Source: Candidatus Micrarchaeota archaeon (GTDB lineage: Archaea > Micrarchaeota > Micrarchaeia > Anstonellales > Bilamarchaeaceae). Taken from it: 37,371 nt of DNA. Location of the stretch: NCBI GenBank assembly GCA_020726005.1, contig DYTL01000001.1, positions 1 to 37,371 on the forward strand, in the 5' to 3' direction. The notes under the pieces are model-generated. The model worked only from the letters and a program-made list of their open reading frames with translations. It made no database searches and was not told the DNA's origin. Positions within the stretch are counted from its first letter, which is position 1, and each line of letters starts with the position of its first letter. The position numbers and the translations under genes are program-made. This document shows positions 36,606 through 37,371 of the stretch, in pieces.

Positions 36606-37356
36606 GATACATAGTGATGTATTATGCAAAAAATAATTACGGTAGATTATAAGAACATACGTTTATCATCTCCTCCAAACTTATTTAAAAATCATGCGAT
36701 GACACAAGAAGGATTTGGGTACCTAAAGAAAAGTGGAATAAGTAAAAAAAATGTGGAAAATTATTTCGAGAAATTATCTCCATATGAAGAAGACGCAATT
36801 AGATATTGTACGTGTTATCTCGACAACTTTCCGAAGTTAATTAATTGTTCTATAATAAATTTAATATATTGTACATTACACGATCCAGACATTGATTTCA
36901 AAGACAAAAAAATTGGAATATATTTTATATATAATGACAAAAGTACTCCAGAACCAACGATAATAATCCCTGTTGATAATATAAGGTGGTATTTAACATT
37001 AACAAAAACATCAATTAAAACAAAACCATTAGATGTGCTTTATACAATTGAATGTGACCTAATCTTTAAACTTGCTAAATTTTATTACATCATGCTCAAT
37101 AAAACTACTTCTCATAATGTGATTAACACAGAACAAGTAGTAAAAATAGAACAAGATATTATCCGTCTTTTATGCGCTTTTTATAGTATAAATAAGAGAG
37201 CTATACCTTTAACATTTTTTAATAATATTGGTAAGGATACATTATCAAAACTTAATGATTCGATAACTCTATTATCAGATAGTTACAATCCAAACTACTA
37301 TCATACTCTATACTATTTAAATAAACCTTAATTACCCTCAACATCACTATAGTATC
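36606..37356. repeat. 16-bp inverted repeat bracketing the orphan ORF
   Basis: GATACATAGTGATGTT (36606-36621) versus AACATCACTATAGTATC (37340-37356); perfect complement except one extra A. Confidence 0.85.
36624..37331 (+). CDS. Hypothetical protein (orphan, 235 aa)
   Basis: Long ORF in AT-rich DNA; AAAGA-TTTATATA BRE/TATA at about 36566-36578. Confidence 0.75.
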   Translation: MQKIITVDYKNIRLSSPPNLFKNHAMTQEGFGYLKKSGISKKNVENYFEKLSPYEEDAIRYCTCYLDNFPKLINCSIINLIYCTLHDPDIDFKDKKIGIYFIYNDKSTPEPTIIIPVDNIRWYLTLTKTSIKTKPLDVLYTIECDLIFKLAKFYYIMLNKTTSHNVINTEQVVKIEQDIIRLLCAFYSINKRAIPLTFFNNIGKDTLSKLNDSITLLSDSYNPNYYHTLYYLNKP

Positions 37357-37371
37357 CTAAAAATAGGGTTT

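Overview
AT-rich archaeal chromosomal window. GGTGA/GAGGT Shine-Dalgarno sites, TATA-type promoters, archaeal r-proteins and compact genes suggest a DPANN, Micrarchaeota-like organism; this is inference only. Housekeeping content: a complete A1AO ATP synthase operon (H-I-K-E-C-F-A-B-D) followed by argH, FBP aldolase/phosphatase, sufB/sufD, topoisomerase VI B/A, tRNA-Gly(TCC), tRNA-Ser(GGA) with an 11-nt intron, and the minus-strand rps17-to-cbf5 ribosomal/secY superoperon. Three mobile-element traces are missed by the ORF track: the left end of an IS1634-type element (1-601), an IS200 tnpA/right-end relic in frame with a DUF192 gene, and a frameshifted DUF2080 pseudogene. The best leads for something undescribed are: (i) an orphan gene whose 5' and 3' flanks form a 16-bp inverted repeat that could pair over its ribosome-binding region; (ii) a 660-bp non-coding region replacing the usual rpl29/rnp1 neighbours upstream of rps17, holding a G-U-rich leader hairpin and a separate promoter-hairpin-oligoT sRNA candidate; (iii) a membrane-anchored CrtI-like oxidoreductase inserted between rpl15 and secY. 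All calls are by eye; no searches or folding programs were run.
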